Below, in pieces: positions 30,008-41,028 of a DNA stretch of 64,000 nt. The notes beneath the pieces are model-generated. The model ran no database searches. It was not told where the DNA came from and was given only the letters and a program-made list of their open reading frames with translations. A program made the position numbers and the translations under genes. This DNA is from an uncultured Spirochaetota bacterium (GTDB lineage: Bacteria > Spirochaetota > Spirochaetia > SZUA-6 > Fen-1364): the NCBI GenBank assembly GCA_963781885.1, contig CAWAHW010000004.1, forward strand, positions 448,001-512,000, written 5' to 3'. The stretch's first letter is position 1. Each line of letters begins with the position of its first letter.

Positions 30008-31369
30008 ATGGCGGGCATAAAGAACAATGTCCTTGAAGCGATCGGAGGCACGCCGCTCGTTCGACTCAACAATGTGGGCAAGGGCGTGAACGCGACCCTG
30101 CTCGCAAAGGTCGAATACCTGAACCCGGGCGGAAGCGTGAAGGACAGGGTGGCCCTGCAGATGATCGACGTGGCTGAAAGGGAAGGCCTCCTGAAGCCCG
30201 GCGGCACGATCATCGAGGCGACGGCGGGCAACACGGGCGTGGGGCTTGCGCTCGTGGCCGCGACGCGCGGCTATCGCTGCATCTTCGTGCTTCCCGACAA
30301 GATGAGCGAGGACAAAATCAGCCTCCTGCGCGCCTACGGGGCCGAGGTCGTGATCACCCCCACGTCCGTGGCCCCCGATTCACCCGAAAGCTACAACGGA
30401 GTGGCGGACCGGCTGAGCCGCGAGATACCGGGCGCCTTCAGGCCGAACCAGTTCGCCAATCCCCAGAACCCTTTGACGCACTACCGCACGACGGGCCCGG
30501 AGATCTGGGAGGATGCAGGCGGAAAGGTCGACGTCTTCGTTGCCGGCATGGGCACGGGAGGGACCATTTCGGGCACGGGACGCTTCCTGAAGGAAAAGAA
30601 CCCGCGCCTCGTCGTCGTGGGCGCGGACCCCGAGGGGTCGATACTGTCCGGCGACACGCCCCGTCCCTTCAAGGTGGAAGGGATCGGGGAGGACTTCATC
30701 CCCCGCACATTCGACCGCCAGGTGGTGGACGAGATGATACGGGTGAGCGACCGCGATTCGTTCAACGCCGCCCGACGCCTGGCGCGCGAGGAAGCGCTGC
30801 TCGTCGGGGGCTCGGCGGGAACCGCGCTGGCCGCGGCGCTGCGCTACGCGCAGAGGCTCACGGAGCACAAGACAATTGTCGTTCTCCTGCCCGACACCGG
30901 CAGGAACTACCTGTCGAAGATCTTTTCCGATCGCTGGATGCAGGAGAACGGGTTCTGGGAATCGTCGGTGAAGGAGCGAATCACCGTGGGCTCCGTGCTC
31001 GGGGCGCGCAAAAGCCTGCCGGCGATCATCTCCGTGTCGCCGCAGGATACGCTGCAGAAAGCAATCGAGCTTTTCCATACGTACAACATCTCGCAGCTTC
31101 CCGTGCTGGACGGCAATACCTCGGTCGGCAGCCTCCAGGAATCGACGCTGCTTGCAACGGTTTTCGACGGGGTGAACCCCGGTAATCAGCCCGTCGGCGC
31201 GGTCATGGGGAAGCCCCTGCCCACCCTGGACTTCGGCGCGGACATCGGCGAAGCTTACCGCCTGCTCCTGGCCGGCGTGAACGCCGTCATCGCCGCGGAG
31301 AACGGCGTTCCCCGGTCCGTGCTCACGCGCATCGACCTGATCGACTACTACACACGGAGGACCGCATGA
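30008..31369 (+). CDS. cbs: Cystathionine beta-synthase with C-terminal CBS domains
   Basis: NPGGSVKDR, EATAGNTG, GMGTGGT, VEGIGEDF, PDTGRNYLSK plus CBS pair. Confidence 0.9.
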   Translation: MAGIKNNVLEAIGGTPLVRLNNVGKGVNATLLAKVEYLNPGGSVKDRVALQMIDVAEREGLLKPGGTIIEATAGNTGVGLALVAATRGYRCIFVLPDKMSEDKISLLRAYGAEVVITPTSVAPDSPESYNGVADRLSREIPGAFRPNQFANPQNPLTHYRTTGPEIWEDAGGKVDVFVAGMGTGGTISGTGRFLKEKNPRLVVVGADPEGSILSGDTPRPFKVEGIGEDFIPRTFDRQVVDEMIRVSDRDSFNAARRLAREEALLVGGSAGTALAAALRYAQRLTEHKTIVVLLPDTGRNYLSKIFSDRWMQENGFWESSVKERITVGSVLGARKSLPAIISVSPQDTLQKAIELFHTYNISQLPVLDGNTSVGSLQESTLLATVFDGVNPGNQPVGAVMGKPLPTLDFGADIGEAYRLLLAGVNAVIAAENGVPRSVLTRIDLIDYYTRRTA

Positions 31370-32504
31370 GACCCGCCACCCGCTACATCCACGAGCAGCA
31401 GGAGCCGGACCCCGTCACCGGCGCGGTGACGGTGCCGATCACCATGACCTCGACATTCGAGCAGGACGATGTGGACAAGCCGCGCGGAGGCTGGGAGTAC
31501 GGCCGGACGGGCAATCCCAGCAGGAAGTCGCTGGAAGGCGCGATCGCCGCGGCGGAGAATGGCGCGTACGGGCTGTGCTTCTCTTCCGGTTCGGCGGCAA
31601 CGGCGGCGGTGCTGGATCTCCTGAAGCCGGGTGACGAGGTGCTGTCGACGATCGACGTCTACGGCGGCACCTACAGGCTGCTGCGGCGCGTCTATGAGAA
31701 GTACGGCATCGTCTCGAAATTCCTCGACGGGCATTCGGTGGACGATTTCAGGAAGAAGATCTCGCCCCGCACGCGGCTCATCTGGCTGGAAAGCCCCACC
31801 AATCCGCTTCTCAACATCATCGACATCGCGGCGGTCGCGGCGCTTGAAAGGCGCGCATGACGATCGTCGCAGTGGACAACACCTTCGCAAGCCCCTGGTT
31901 CCAGACACCGCTGGACCTCGGCGCGGACGTGGTCGTGCACAGCACCACGAAGTACATCGGCGGCCACAGCGACGTGATCGGCGGCGCGCTCGTCACGAAT
32001 CGGCGCGATCTCCACGACGCGTGCAAGTTCTACCAGAACGCCGCCGGCGGCGTGCCCTCCCCCTTCGACAGCTTCCTCGTGCAGCGGGGGCTGAAGACTC
32101 TCGCGGTGCGCATGGAACGCCACCAGGCAAATGCCTTTGCGGTGGCGGAAGCGCTTGCCGGTCACAAGGCACTGGCGGCGTTGCACTTCCCCGGGCTCGC
32201 CTCGCATCCCGGCCACGCGACGGCGCTGCGCCAGATGCGGGGATTCCCCGGCATGGTTTCCATGACGCTCGCCGGCGGAAGGCCGGCCGTGGAGCGGTTC
32301 GTGAAGAAGCTGCGCGTCTTCACCTTTGCCGAAAGTCTCGGCGGCGTCGAGTCACTCGCCTGTCACCCTTCGACGATGACCCACGGTGCGATCCCCCCGG
32401 CGGAGCGCGAAAGGATCGGCATCACGGAAGGTCTCGTGCGTCTGTCGGTGGGTATCGAGGACGCCGAGGACCTGAAAGAGGACCTGCTGCAGGCGCTGGA
32501 CTGA
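31366..32504 (+). CDS. Cystathionine gamma-lyase/synthase, split by a frameshift near 31850
   Basis: YGRTGNP, WLESPTNP in the first ORF; VDNTFA, HSTTKYIGGHSD, AESLGGVESL in the second. Confidence 0.85.
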
Positions 32505-32519
32505 GACCGACCTTCCACG

Positions 32520-34517
32520 TCACGGGGGCGCCATCGGCTTTCTGCCAATGGCCGCCGTGACGGTGCTGAGGAGCTCGTGTGCGAGATAGGGCTTCGGCAA
32601 GAGGCCCAGGAACCCGTTCTTCCTGATCTGGCTGACCATACCGGCATCGGCGTACCCGCTGGATGCGAGCGCTGCCGTCTCCGGGGCGATCGCCCGAAGC
32701 GCCGTCAGAGTTTCAACCCCCCCCATGCCGCCCCGGATCGTCAGGTCGAGGATGCACAGGTCGTACGGCCGTCGATCCGCAACACCCTGCCGGAAGAGGG
32801 CGACTGCCTCCTCGCCGTTGCACGCCGTCGACACCTCGTAGCCGGCGTTGACGAGGGTATGCTTCGTCAGGGTGAGAATCGCTCTCTCATCGTCCATGAG
32901 AAGGATGCGGCCGACGCCGGAGACGGCCGGGCCGGGTGGCTGCGCCTCGACTTCCACCTTTCCCTCGCGCAGCGCGGGAAGCCACACGGTGAAGGATGCC
33001 CCGCCGCCCGGATTCGACGCCGCCGCGATATGACCGCCGTGATTCTTTACGATCGCGTAGCTCGTGGCGAGCCCCAGCCCCGAGCCCTCCTTCTTCGTGG
33101 TGAAGAAGGGGTCGAAGATCCGGCCGATGATCGCCTCCGGGATTCCCGGACCGGTATCGTCGAACCGGATGGCAACGTAGCTGCCCGAAGGCAGCGTGCC
33201 GACGCTTTCCTCGGTGAGCGGGCAATTGCGGAGGGTGATGGCGAGGGTTCCGTGATCGCCCATGGCCTGTCGGGAGTTGATGATGATGTTGTTGAAGACC
33301 TGGGACAATTGGTTCGCGTCGGCTTCGACCAGGGGCACCCCATCGTCCTCCTCGACCGTGTGGCGAACGTGGGAGCCGCTCAGCGAAAGCGCACAGCTCT
33401 CCCGCACGACGTCGGACACCTTGAGCTTCTTGCGGACAGGGGACCCGCCCTTGGAAAAAGCGAGAAGGCGCTGCGTCAGGTCCCGTGCGCGCGTGAAGAC
33501 TGACATCACGATGGGGAAATGATCCCGCGTCGGGCTCCGGGGGGGCAGATCGTCCTTCAGGAGCTCCAGCCCGACGAACAATCCCGTCAGGAGATTGTTG
33601 AAATCATGGGCGATGCCGGCGGCAAAGAGGCTCAAGGATTCGAATCGCTGCGATCTCTGCAGCTCCTCGCGCATGCGCTTTTGCTCCGTGACGTCGATGC
33701 AGGACGCCATGATGCAGAGCGTTGCGCCCCCTGGATTGCGTACCCGGTGGGCGGCCAGGTGGACAGTGAAGGCCGTTCCGTCCTTCCGACGCGCGTCCGT
33801 CTCGCCCACCCAGTTTCCTTCCCGTCTCATCACGTCGACCAGGCGGGCAACCTCCGCTTCATCCGCGATCAGCGTCCTCACGTCCCTTCCCAGAAGCTCG
33901 TCGCCCGCGTATCCCCACATCTCCGCGCACGTGGCGTTCACGTAAGTGAGCCTGCCCGCGAAGTCGATGAGAAGGATGCCACTGATCGCCGAGGCGATGG
34001 CAAAATCCTTCACCGCCAGGGCCTTGTTGGCTTCTTCAAGCTCCAGCACCTTCGACTCCAGCCTGCGGATCAGGGTCTGGTTGTATTCCTTCAGATACAC
34101 GATCTCTTCCGGACTGGCGTCAACCGGGGGAGCGCCCGCGGGCGTCCGGTGTTTTTCCACCGTATCGAGGATGAGCCGCAGCAGGATCCCGGGATCAATC
34201 GGCTTCCTGATGAACAGGTCGGCACCCAGGCTCAAGGCAAACTCCTCGTCCCGGGAATCCGTGTACGTGGCGGTGTAGAAGATGAAGAGGATCGAGCGAA
34301 GAGTCTCGTCCTTTTTCCACTCCCGGCAAAGGCTGAAGCCATCCATGACGGGCATCAGGATGTCCGAGATGATCAGGTCCGGCGGGCGGCGCCGGGCGCT
34401 CTCGAGGGCCTCCCTGCCATTGGCGGCCGTCATCACCTCGAAGCCGTGCGCATGCAGCAGGGTCTGAAGGAGGTAGACGCTCTCGCTCTTGTCGTCAACG
34501 ATCAACACCATCGGCAT
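32520..34517 (-). CDS. Hybrid histidine kinase (REC-PAS-HisKA-HATPase-REC)
   Basis: LIVDD...SDILMP; AHDFNNLL; FDPFFTTK..GSGLGL; C-terminal LLMDDE...LDL. Confidence 0.92.
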   Translation of the reverse strand: MPMVLIVDDKSESVYLLQTLLHAHGFEVMTAANGREALESARRRPPDLIISDILMPVMDGFSLCREWKKDETLRSILFIFYTATYTDSRDEEFALSLGADLFIRKPIDPGILLRLILDTVEKHRTPAGAPPVDASPEEIVYLKEYNQTLIRRLESKVLELEEANKALAVKDFAIASAISGILLIDFAGRLTYVNATCAEMWGYAGDELLGRDVRTLIADEAEVARLVDVMRREGNWVGETDARRKDGTAFTVHLAAHRVRNPGGATLCIMASCIDVTEQKRMREELQRSQRFESLSLFAAGIAHDFNNLLTGLFVGLELLKDDLPPRSPTRDHFPIVMSVFTRARDLTQRLLAFSKGGSPVRKKLKVSDVVRESCALSLSGSHVRHTVEEDDGVPLVEADANQLSQVFNNIIINSRQAMGDHGTLAITLRNCPLTEESVGTLPSGSYVAIRFDDTGPGIPEAIIGRIFDPFFTTKKEGSGLGLATSYAIVKNHGGHIAAASNPGGGASFTVWLPALREGKVEVEAQPPGPAVSGVGRILLMDDERAILTLTKHTLVNAGYEVSTACNGEEAVALFRQGVADRRPYDLCILDLTIRGGMGGVETLTALRAIAPETAALASSGYADAGMVSQIRKNGFLGLLPKPYLAHELLSTVTAAIGRKPMAPP

Positions 34518-34536
34518 TCATTCCCTCCTCTCCCCA

Positions 34537-34920
34537 TCACGGGTCCCCGCAACCGCTGAGATGATCCTTGAGCTGCTGCACAAAGGTTTCCGGATTGATC
34601 GGCTTCTCGATGTAGGCGGTCGCCCCGGCCGCGAGGGCGCGCTCACGGTCGCCCGCCATGGCGTACGAGGTGACCGCCACGATGGGGGTTTTCCTCAGCG
34701 CTTCCTGCGCGCGCAGCGCGCGGGCGACGTCATACCCGTCCATGAAGGGAAGCTGGATGTCGAGGAGGATCATGTCGGGCAGAATGCGGCAGGCGGATTG
34801 AATGCCGTCCTGTCCGTCGCGCGCAGAGACGACGGTGAACCCGTTCTTCTCCAGCAGGAAGCGCATGAGGTAGAGGTTCTGCTCATTGTCCTCGATGATG
34901 AGGACCGTTGGATCCGTCAT
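34537..34920 (-). CDS. Single-domain response regulator (DivK-like)
   Basis: IIEDN, LLDIQLP.MDG, AVTSYAM.GDRE, KP. Confidence 0.9.
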   Translation of the reverse strand: MTDPTVLIIEDNEQNLYLMRFLLEKNGFTVVSARDGQDGIQSACRILPDMILLDIQLPFMDGYDVARALRAQEALRKTPIVAVTSYAMAGDRERALAAGATAYIEKPINPETFVQQLKDHLSGCGDP

Positions 34921-37175
34921 GGCCCCTCCCGCGGCAGCGTGACCGAGAACGTGCTGCCCACCCCGGGCTCGCTCCCCACCTCAATGGAGCCGCCCATGAG
35001 ATCGAGCAGTCGCTTGCAGATGGACAGTCCCAGGCCGGTACCCTCGTGCGTCCGGGTCAACCCGGTGTCGATCTGCCGGAAGGGCTGGAACAGGGTCGGC
35101 AGGTCCTGTCGGGCGATCCCGATCCCCGTGTCACTCACCTCGATGCGGAGATCCCGATCGCCCGCCCGCGCCCGGACCTTCACGCCGCCGTGTTCCGTAA
35201 ACTTCACGGCATTGCCGAGGAGGTTCATCAGTACCTGTTCCACGCGCCGCTCGTCTCCGCGGAGAACGCGCACCCGGGGATCGATCTCGAGGGAAAGCGC
35301 AAGGCCCTTCTTTTCCAGCATCGGCCTGACGGCCTGCGTCACCTTTTCCAGCGAGCGCGACAGGTCGAAGGGCAGAAGGTGCAGGTGCACCTCCCCTGCC
35401 TCGATCTTGGAGATGTCCAGCACGTCGTTGATCAGGTCGAGGAGATGATGCGCGCTCGCCTGCACCATGCCCAGCTGCTTCCTCTGCTCGGCCGCGAGCG
35501 GCCCGGCAAGACCCTGCAGCAGGATGCCCGTGAAACCGATGATGGAGTTCAGCGGTGTGCGCAGCTCGTGGGACATGGTGGCGAGGAACGCGGACTTCAG
35601 CCGGTCGGCGGATTCCGCGGCCTCCTTTGCGGCCAGCAGCTCGCGCGTGCGATCGCCGACCTTTTCCTCCAGCTCCTGCCGCGACTTCTCCACCGCGTCC
35701 ATGATGCGCGCGCGCTCCTTCTGCGCGCGAAGGGCCTCGATGCCATACGCGATGTTTTCGCCGAGCTTTCCCAGCAGCGCGACCTCCGTCGTGTCGAAAG
35801 CGTCGGGCTCGGCGGCATAGATGATCATGACGCCGAAGACGTCGCCTTCCACGATGAGGGGAACGGCGATGGCAGAGGCGAAGTCCCGGGTGGCGAGCAC
35901 ATCGCGCCACACGGCGAAGGCGGGATTGTGCAGGAGGTCGCGCGAGATCGTGGGGGCGCCGTTGCGGATCGCAAGCCCCGCGGTGCCCTGGCCGTACTCG
36001 TTGTCCGCCCAGCTCACGTGGATGCGATTAAGGAAGTCCTCTCCCGGCCCGGCAAAGGTGATCGGCGCGACGGTGCAGGCGAGGTCGCGCTCCGCTTTTC
36101 CGATCCACGCCATCCGATACCCCGCCGACTCCACCGCGATCCTGCACAGCTCCGTCAGAAGCTTCCCTTCCTCTTTTGCCTGCACGACCAGGCTGTTGCA
36201 GAGCGTCAGGAGGCGCAGCGCCCGGTTGGACTGCCGCAGCTCCGCTTCCGTTCGAATCCGCCGCTGGACCTCCCGGGTGCGCGCCCTTCCGGTGCGGAGG
36301 GCTTGGAAGAGAAAGAAGCACAAGAGGAGCATAAGGCCGCAGCCCACGGGGAAGTATGCCGTTGCAAGCGGCCGGAAGACCGGCCATCCATGAGCGGGAA
36401 TCGCCGCAATCTGCCAGCTCCCCGAGGGAAGCGGGACGTCCATGACGATAGGCTTGCCGTCAAAAACCGAATTCCGTCCCCAGAAAGAATCGCCCTGGCC
36501 GCCCGTTCCATCCCTTCCCCGGAGCGAGACACTCAGGTCCGCGGGAACAGAATCCAGCCCGCTTGCGTGAATCAGGCCCGGAAAGTCGATGACGGTGGAA
36601 AAAAGCCCCCAGTACCTCTGCTCCGTTTCCCTGCCGACCGGTCCGGTCAGGAATATGGGCGTGCGGCTGATGATGCCGATCCCGCCCTGCACGAGATCGA
36701 CCGGCCCGGCCACCACCATCCTCCTTTCCACGATCGCGCGTACCACCGCGTCCCGCTGGTCCGGCGCATCATCGTAGCGCAGGCCGATGATTCCTTCGTT
36801 GCCTTCCCGGGGAAAAACATTTCGTACGACATTGTGCGGGGCGAGCGCGATGTTGCGGATCAGGGGGTTGTGGCTCAATAGCTCGGCGGCCATGGCCTGG
36901 AACCGCTGCTCGCTGATGTCTCCCTCGATCTTCACGAGGCTGGGAATCCCCTCGGTGAGATAGATCCCGGCGTACAGCTCGCGGCTCAGATTGCCGCGGA
37001 TCGTGTCGAGCTCCGCGCCAAGGCGTTCCCGCACGCGATCGACCTCGAATCGGTACTGGAACGAGGAGAACCAGTAGCTGATGCCGCACCCGAGCAGGAA
37101 AAGGAGAAAAGGAAGAATGGCGAGATCGAGATTGCGGAGGAATGGCGGTGGGAAGGCTTTTTTTCTTTCTGTCAT
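34917..37175 (-). CDS. CHASE-GAF sensor histidine kinase
   Basis: Two TMs flanking CHASE (GPVDLVQGG.G...R.PIF); GAF; MSHELRTPLN, NAVKFT, GTGLGL. Confidence 0.9.
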   Translation of the reverse strand: MTERKKAFPPPFLRNLDLAILPFLLFLLGCGISYWFSSFQYRFEVDRVRERLGAELDTIRGNLSRELYAGIYLTEGIPSLVKIEGDISEQRFQAMAAELLSHNPLIRNIALAPHNVVRNVFPREGNEGIIGLRYDDAPDQRDAVVRAIVERRMVVAGPVDLVQGGIGIISRTPIFLTGPVGRETEQRYWGLFSTVIDFPGLIHASGLDSVPADLSVSLRGRDGTGGQGDSFWGRNSVFDGKPIVMDVPLPSGSWQIAAIPAHGWPVFRPLATAYFPVGCGLMLLLCFFLFQALRTGRARTREVQRRIRTEAELRQSNRALRLLTLCNSLVVQAKEEGKLLTELCRIAVESAGYRMAWIGKAERDLACTVAPITFAGPGEDFLNRIHVSWADNEYGQGTAGLAIRNGAPTISRDLLHNPAFAVWRDVLATRDFASAIAVPLIVEGDVFGVMIIYAAEPDAFDTTEVALLGKLGENIAYGIEALRAQKERARIMDAVEKSRQELEEKVGDRTRELLAAKEAAESADRLKSAFLATMSHELRTPLNSIIGFTGILLQGLAGPLAAEQRKQLGMVQASAHHLLDLINDVLDISKIEAGEVHLHLLPFDLSRSLEKVTQAVRPMLEKKGLALSLEIDPRVRVLRGDERRVEQVLMNLLGNAVKFTEHGGVKVRARAGDRDLRIEVSDTGIGIARQDLPTLFQPFRQIDTGLTRTHEGTGLGLSICKRLLDLMGGSIEVGSEPGVGSTFSVTLPREGP

Positions 37176-37358
37176 ATGCCGCGCGCCGGGGATCGAACGG
37201 CGTGAAGTCTAAACCCGAAGGCCGGATCCGGCAAGGACGGGGTGACACGGAGGGAGGACGGTGGCGGGCGCCGCATCCGCGCCCCTGACGGCCGCTGCCG
37301 CGGGAGATACATCGGGCGCCTGATCGCGATAGTATATTCTTTGCAGAAGGAGGCATCC

Positions 37359-37574
37359 GTGCCAACAGAAACCAGCAATTTGAAAGTCCAGGGCATGACC
37401 TGCAAGCATTGCGTGCAGGCAGTGAAGAGCTCGGTGTCCGGAGTCGCCGGCGTGGATACAGTCGAAGTGAGCCTGGAGAAGAATCTCGTCACGGTTGCCT
37501 TCGACCCGGGGAAGGCCAGTATCCGGTCCATCACGGCTGCAATCGAAGATGCAGGGTATGCGGTCGCCGACTAG
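37359..37574 (+). CDS. copZ: Copper chaperone (HMA domain)
   Basis: GMTCKHC, AIEDAGY; AAGGAGG SD, GTG start. Confidence 0.9.
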   Translation: MPTETSNLKVQGMTCKHCVQAVKSSVSGVAGVDTVEVSLEKNLVTVAFDPGKASIRSITAAIEDAGYAVAD

Positions 37575-37599
37575 GCAGACGAACGCGCCCAGCCCTGAC

Positions 37600-38667
37600 T
37601 CAGGAATCGACGCCCCGGCTTTTGGCGCGCGCGCGTTTCTTGAATGAGCGGTAGTAGAACATGCGCGCAGCCTCTGCGCGCCGGTACAGGAAACAGAGCA
37701 CGGGCCGGTAGAGGGCGTCCCATGTGCCCCATCGCTCAAAGACGTTTTCGGAAAAGCCGGTCTTGAACTGGTACAGCCCGAACATCGGGTGGTCGGGATC
37801 GGGATGGGGAGGCACGCCGTAGAGGTCGTAGGTGACGCAGCCGGCGGCGCGCGCCATCTTGATCGCCTCCCACTGCAGGGCGTAGGTCGGCATGATGTTT
37901 CGCTTCTCGCCGGAGGAGGCGCCGTAGAGATAGGCGGCCCGCTTCTTCCAGAAGACCACGATATTCCCCGCCAGGAGCGTACCGTCGTGCCGGGCCAGGA
38001 ACAGCTTCACAACGGGCCGTTCACCGGCGTACTCCATCGACGCGCGCAGGAGCCCCTGGTAGTAGGCGCATGAATGGATGGCGATCCTGTCCCTTCGCGC
38101 GGTCTCCTCGTAGATCGCATACCAGGTGCCAAGCTCTTCCGGTGCCGCCTCTCCGACCACGACGCCCTTCTTTTCCGCCAGCCGGATGTTGTAGCGCGTC
38201 TTGTGCTTCATGGAAGCGAGGATCCCATCGAGATCGGGCGCGATGTCGACGATGACGGTGCTTGCGGGCTGCATGTCGCTGCCCGCTTTGCGCACGCGCG
38301 GCGCGCGCGTCGCTTTCGGCGCCTCCCCCGTCTTGCGCCACGGCAGGTCATAGCGGAGAAAAAGGGTGTTCCGCGGGAGCAGGGGTCGGAGGCCGCGGGC
38401 GAGCGCGGAAAGAAATGCCCCGCGCCCTTCGCCGGGATCGAACGAGGGACCGAACGGCACATAGGCCAGCGTGAAAAATCTGGAGAGACGCCGCAGAAGA
38501 ACGAGCAGGCCGAACGATGACCCCGCGCCCTCGCGCGGGTTGCCCGGTTCGACGCTGAAGGCGGCCGGCGACCAGCCGTGCGCTGACTTGAATTGCCCCC
38601 AGAAGCCGGTCTGCAGGAGCTCGTCGTTCGCGTCGAGTGCGGAAAGGGCAACCGGGCGAACGATCAC
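37600..38667 (-). CDS. FemABX-family peptidoglycan peptidyltransferase (start approximate)
   Basis: LLQT.FW..FK, KTRYNIRLA.KKGV, YLYGAS, YDLYG, GLYQFKTGF. Confidence 0.85.
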   Translation of the reverse strand: MIVRPVALSALDANDELLQTGFWGQFKSAHGWSPAAFSVEPGNPREGAGSSFGLLVLLRRLSRFFTLAYVPFGPSFDPGEGRGAFLSALARGLRPLLPRNTLFLRYDLPWRKTGEAPKATRAPRVRKAGSDMQPASTVIVDIAPDLDGILASMKHKTRYNIRLAEKKGVVVGEAAPEELGTWYAIYEETARRDRIAIHSCAYYQGLLRASMEYAGERPVVKLFLARHDGTLLAGNIVVFWKKRAAYLYGASSGEKRNIMPTYALQWEAIKMARAAGCVTYDLYGVPPHPDPDHPMFGLYQFKTGFSENVFERWGTWDALYRPVLCFLYRRAEAARMFYYRSFKKRARAKSRGVDS

Positions 38668-38705
38668 CTCAGCGGCGGGCGCACCGCCTGCATCGCCCCG
38701 ATCGA

Positions 38706-40885
38706 TTACTTCACCCTGCCCTTCGCGACCTTCGCGGTGACCACCGGCTTTCCGGCGCACTCGAGCGCCGCATCGCCGACGACGACTTTGGAGGCCTCGA
38801 CGGCGATCGGCATCGTGAAGAACGTGTCGACATCGATCTGTTCCGCGGGCGCGGGGCCTGTCGTGCCGGAGAGCGTGACACGGTCACCCGGTGCGGCGTG
38901 GTCGACGAAAAGCACCTCCACGACCTTGCCTTCCGAGCCGGCAAGGAGCATGCCCTGGCTCTCCACGCCGCGCAGGATGGCAGGCTTGAGATTCGCCACC
39001 AGGACAACCGTATGTCCGAGCAGCTCCTCGGGCTTGTAGTGCGGCACGAGCCCCGAGACGATGGTCCGCGTGCTGCCGCCCACGTCCACCTTTTCTATGT
39101 ACAGCTTTTCCGCGTCGGGGTGCCGGTTGATCTCGACGATTTTCGCCGCGCGCAGGTCCACGGTCGTGCGGAAGCGCGCCGCGATCTCGGTGGGGCTGAG
39201 CGCGGGGACCGGCGCCGCGCCTTCGGCCGCCTCTTTGCGCTCCTTCTGCGTGCCGGAAAATCTGTCACGAAGAGCGTCGATCTGCTTGTCTTCCAGCCGC
39301 GCGAACAGGAGCTCGGGCTTCTCGACATTGCCGATGCCAGCAAATGTTCCCAGCTGGGCCCACGCGATGGGACCTGTGCCGAGCATTTTTGCGATGCGGT
39401 CCGCGACAATTGGGATGTAAGGAGCGCAGAGGATGGCCAGGTCGCGCACGAGATACGTGAGATTCCAGATCAGGCTGGCGGTTGCCTCCGGCGTCTCCTT
39501 CACGCCCTTCCAGGGGGCGCCATCCTGGAACTTCTTGTTTCCGATCGAGGAGAGGGCAAAAACCTTGTGGAAGGCTTCCCGCAGCTCCACCTTTTCCAGA
39601 AGCCCGGCGATTTCCGCCTCGGCCGCTTTCACCTCTTTCCAGAAGGGCTCGTCAGGCGCGCCGTCAGGCAGCTTCCCTCCATAAAATCGCGAGACGAACT
39701 GCAGGGTCCGATTGACGAGGTTCCCAAGATTGCCGATCAGCTCGGCATTCACCTTCTCCTGGAAATCGCTCCACGTGAAAAGGGTGTCCGACCTCTCGGG
39801 CCTGTTGTAATAGACGTAGAAACGCCAGACGTCCGCGGGGATGCCTGTCTCTTTCGCGTCCGTGCCGAAAACGCCGATCCCCTTGCTCTTGGAGAACTTC
39901 CCGCCCTCGTAGTTCAGGTACTCGGTGGAGGACATGTGATGGAGCGTGGTCCAGTCCTCACCGGTCCCCAGGAGGCTGGACGGGAAGATCACCGTGTGAA
40001 AGGGGATGTTGTCCTTGCCGATGAACTGGAAGAGCTTCACGTCGCGCGGCGCGTACCACCAGCTTTTCCATTCCGACGTGAGGTCTGCCGTAATGGAGAT
40101 GTAGCCGATGCACGCGTCGAACCAGACGTAGAAGACCTTGTTGCGGAATCCGTCCAGCGGAACCGGGATGCCCCACTTCAGGTCGCGCGTGATACAGCGC
40201 TCCTTCAGGCCGTCGCGCATCCAGGCATTTGTCATCTGGATCGCATTGCGCGACCAGAAACCCTTGTCGGAGGCGGTCTCCATCCACGCGCGCAGCTTCG
40301 GGAGTATTGCCACAAGGTCGATGAACAGGTGCTTCGTTTCCCGGATCACCGGCGTCGTGGAGCAGACGCTGCACCGCGGTTCGATGAGCTCCGTCGGGTC
40401 CAGCAGCTTGCCGCAGTTCTCACACTGGTCGCCGCGGGCGTCGGTGTAGTTGCAGTGGGGGCAGGTGCCCCGCACGTAGCGGTCCGCCAGGAAGCGCTGG
40501 TCTTTCTCGCAATAGAGCTGGTTCAGCGTGCGCTCGTTGATATAGCCGTTGTCATTCAGCTTCGTGAAGATGTGCTGCGTGATCTCGGTGTGCACGGGAC
40601 CGAGGTGCGGCCGAACTTGTCGAAGGAGATCGTGAACCACTGGTAGATGTCGCGATGGATCGCGTGGTAGCGGTCGCAGAGCTCGCGCGGCGTGACGCCC
40701 TCCTCCAGGGCGCGGGTCTCTGTCGCGGTCCCGTATTCATCGGTGCCGCAGATGTAGAGCGTCTCGTAGCCGGCCAGGCGGCAATAGCGCGCGAACACGT
40801 CGGCGGAAAGCACCTGGATGAGGTTCCCCAGGTGCGGGATGTTGTTCACGTACGGCAGCGCGGATGTGATCAGACGTCTTTCCAT
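38706..40885 (-). CDS. metG: Methionine--tRNA ligase with C-terminal tRNA-binding domain; apparent 1-nt deletion near 40600
   Basis: [19 protein letters not shown], Zn knuckle, [13 protein letters not shown]; halves in different frames. Confidence 0.95.
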
Positions 40886-40895
40886 AGGTGCCGCC

Positions 40896-40925
40896 ACTGT
40901 ACCCGAAGGGTTTGGAGGGGGTCAA
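40896..40925 (-). promoter_or_regulatory. Promoter of metG (near-leaderless)
   Basis: TTGACC-N18-TACAGT-N10-ATG, no SD. Confidence 0.55.
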
Positions 40926-41028
40926 GAATGGAAGACTTCCGTGCACGCACTTCCCGTCGCTTGACAGCGGGAATGGCGCAGCCGAAAATGCGGTAAGTCG
41001 GGTCCATCCCCACAAAAAGGATTGTGCA

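Noticed and set aside
38706-40885. metG, rbsK and PMM as pseudogenes or programmed frameshifts
   Set aside because: Single indels in short G/C runs, halves otherwise intact, no slippery heptamer; assembly error is more likely
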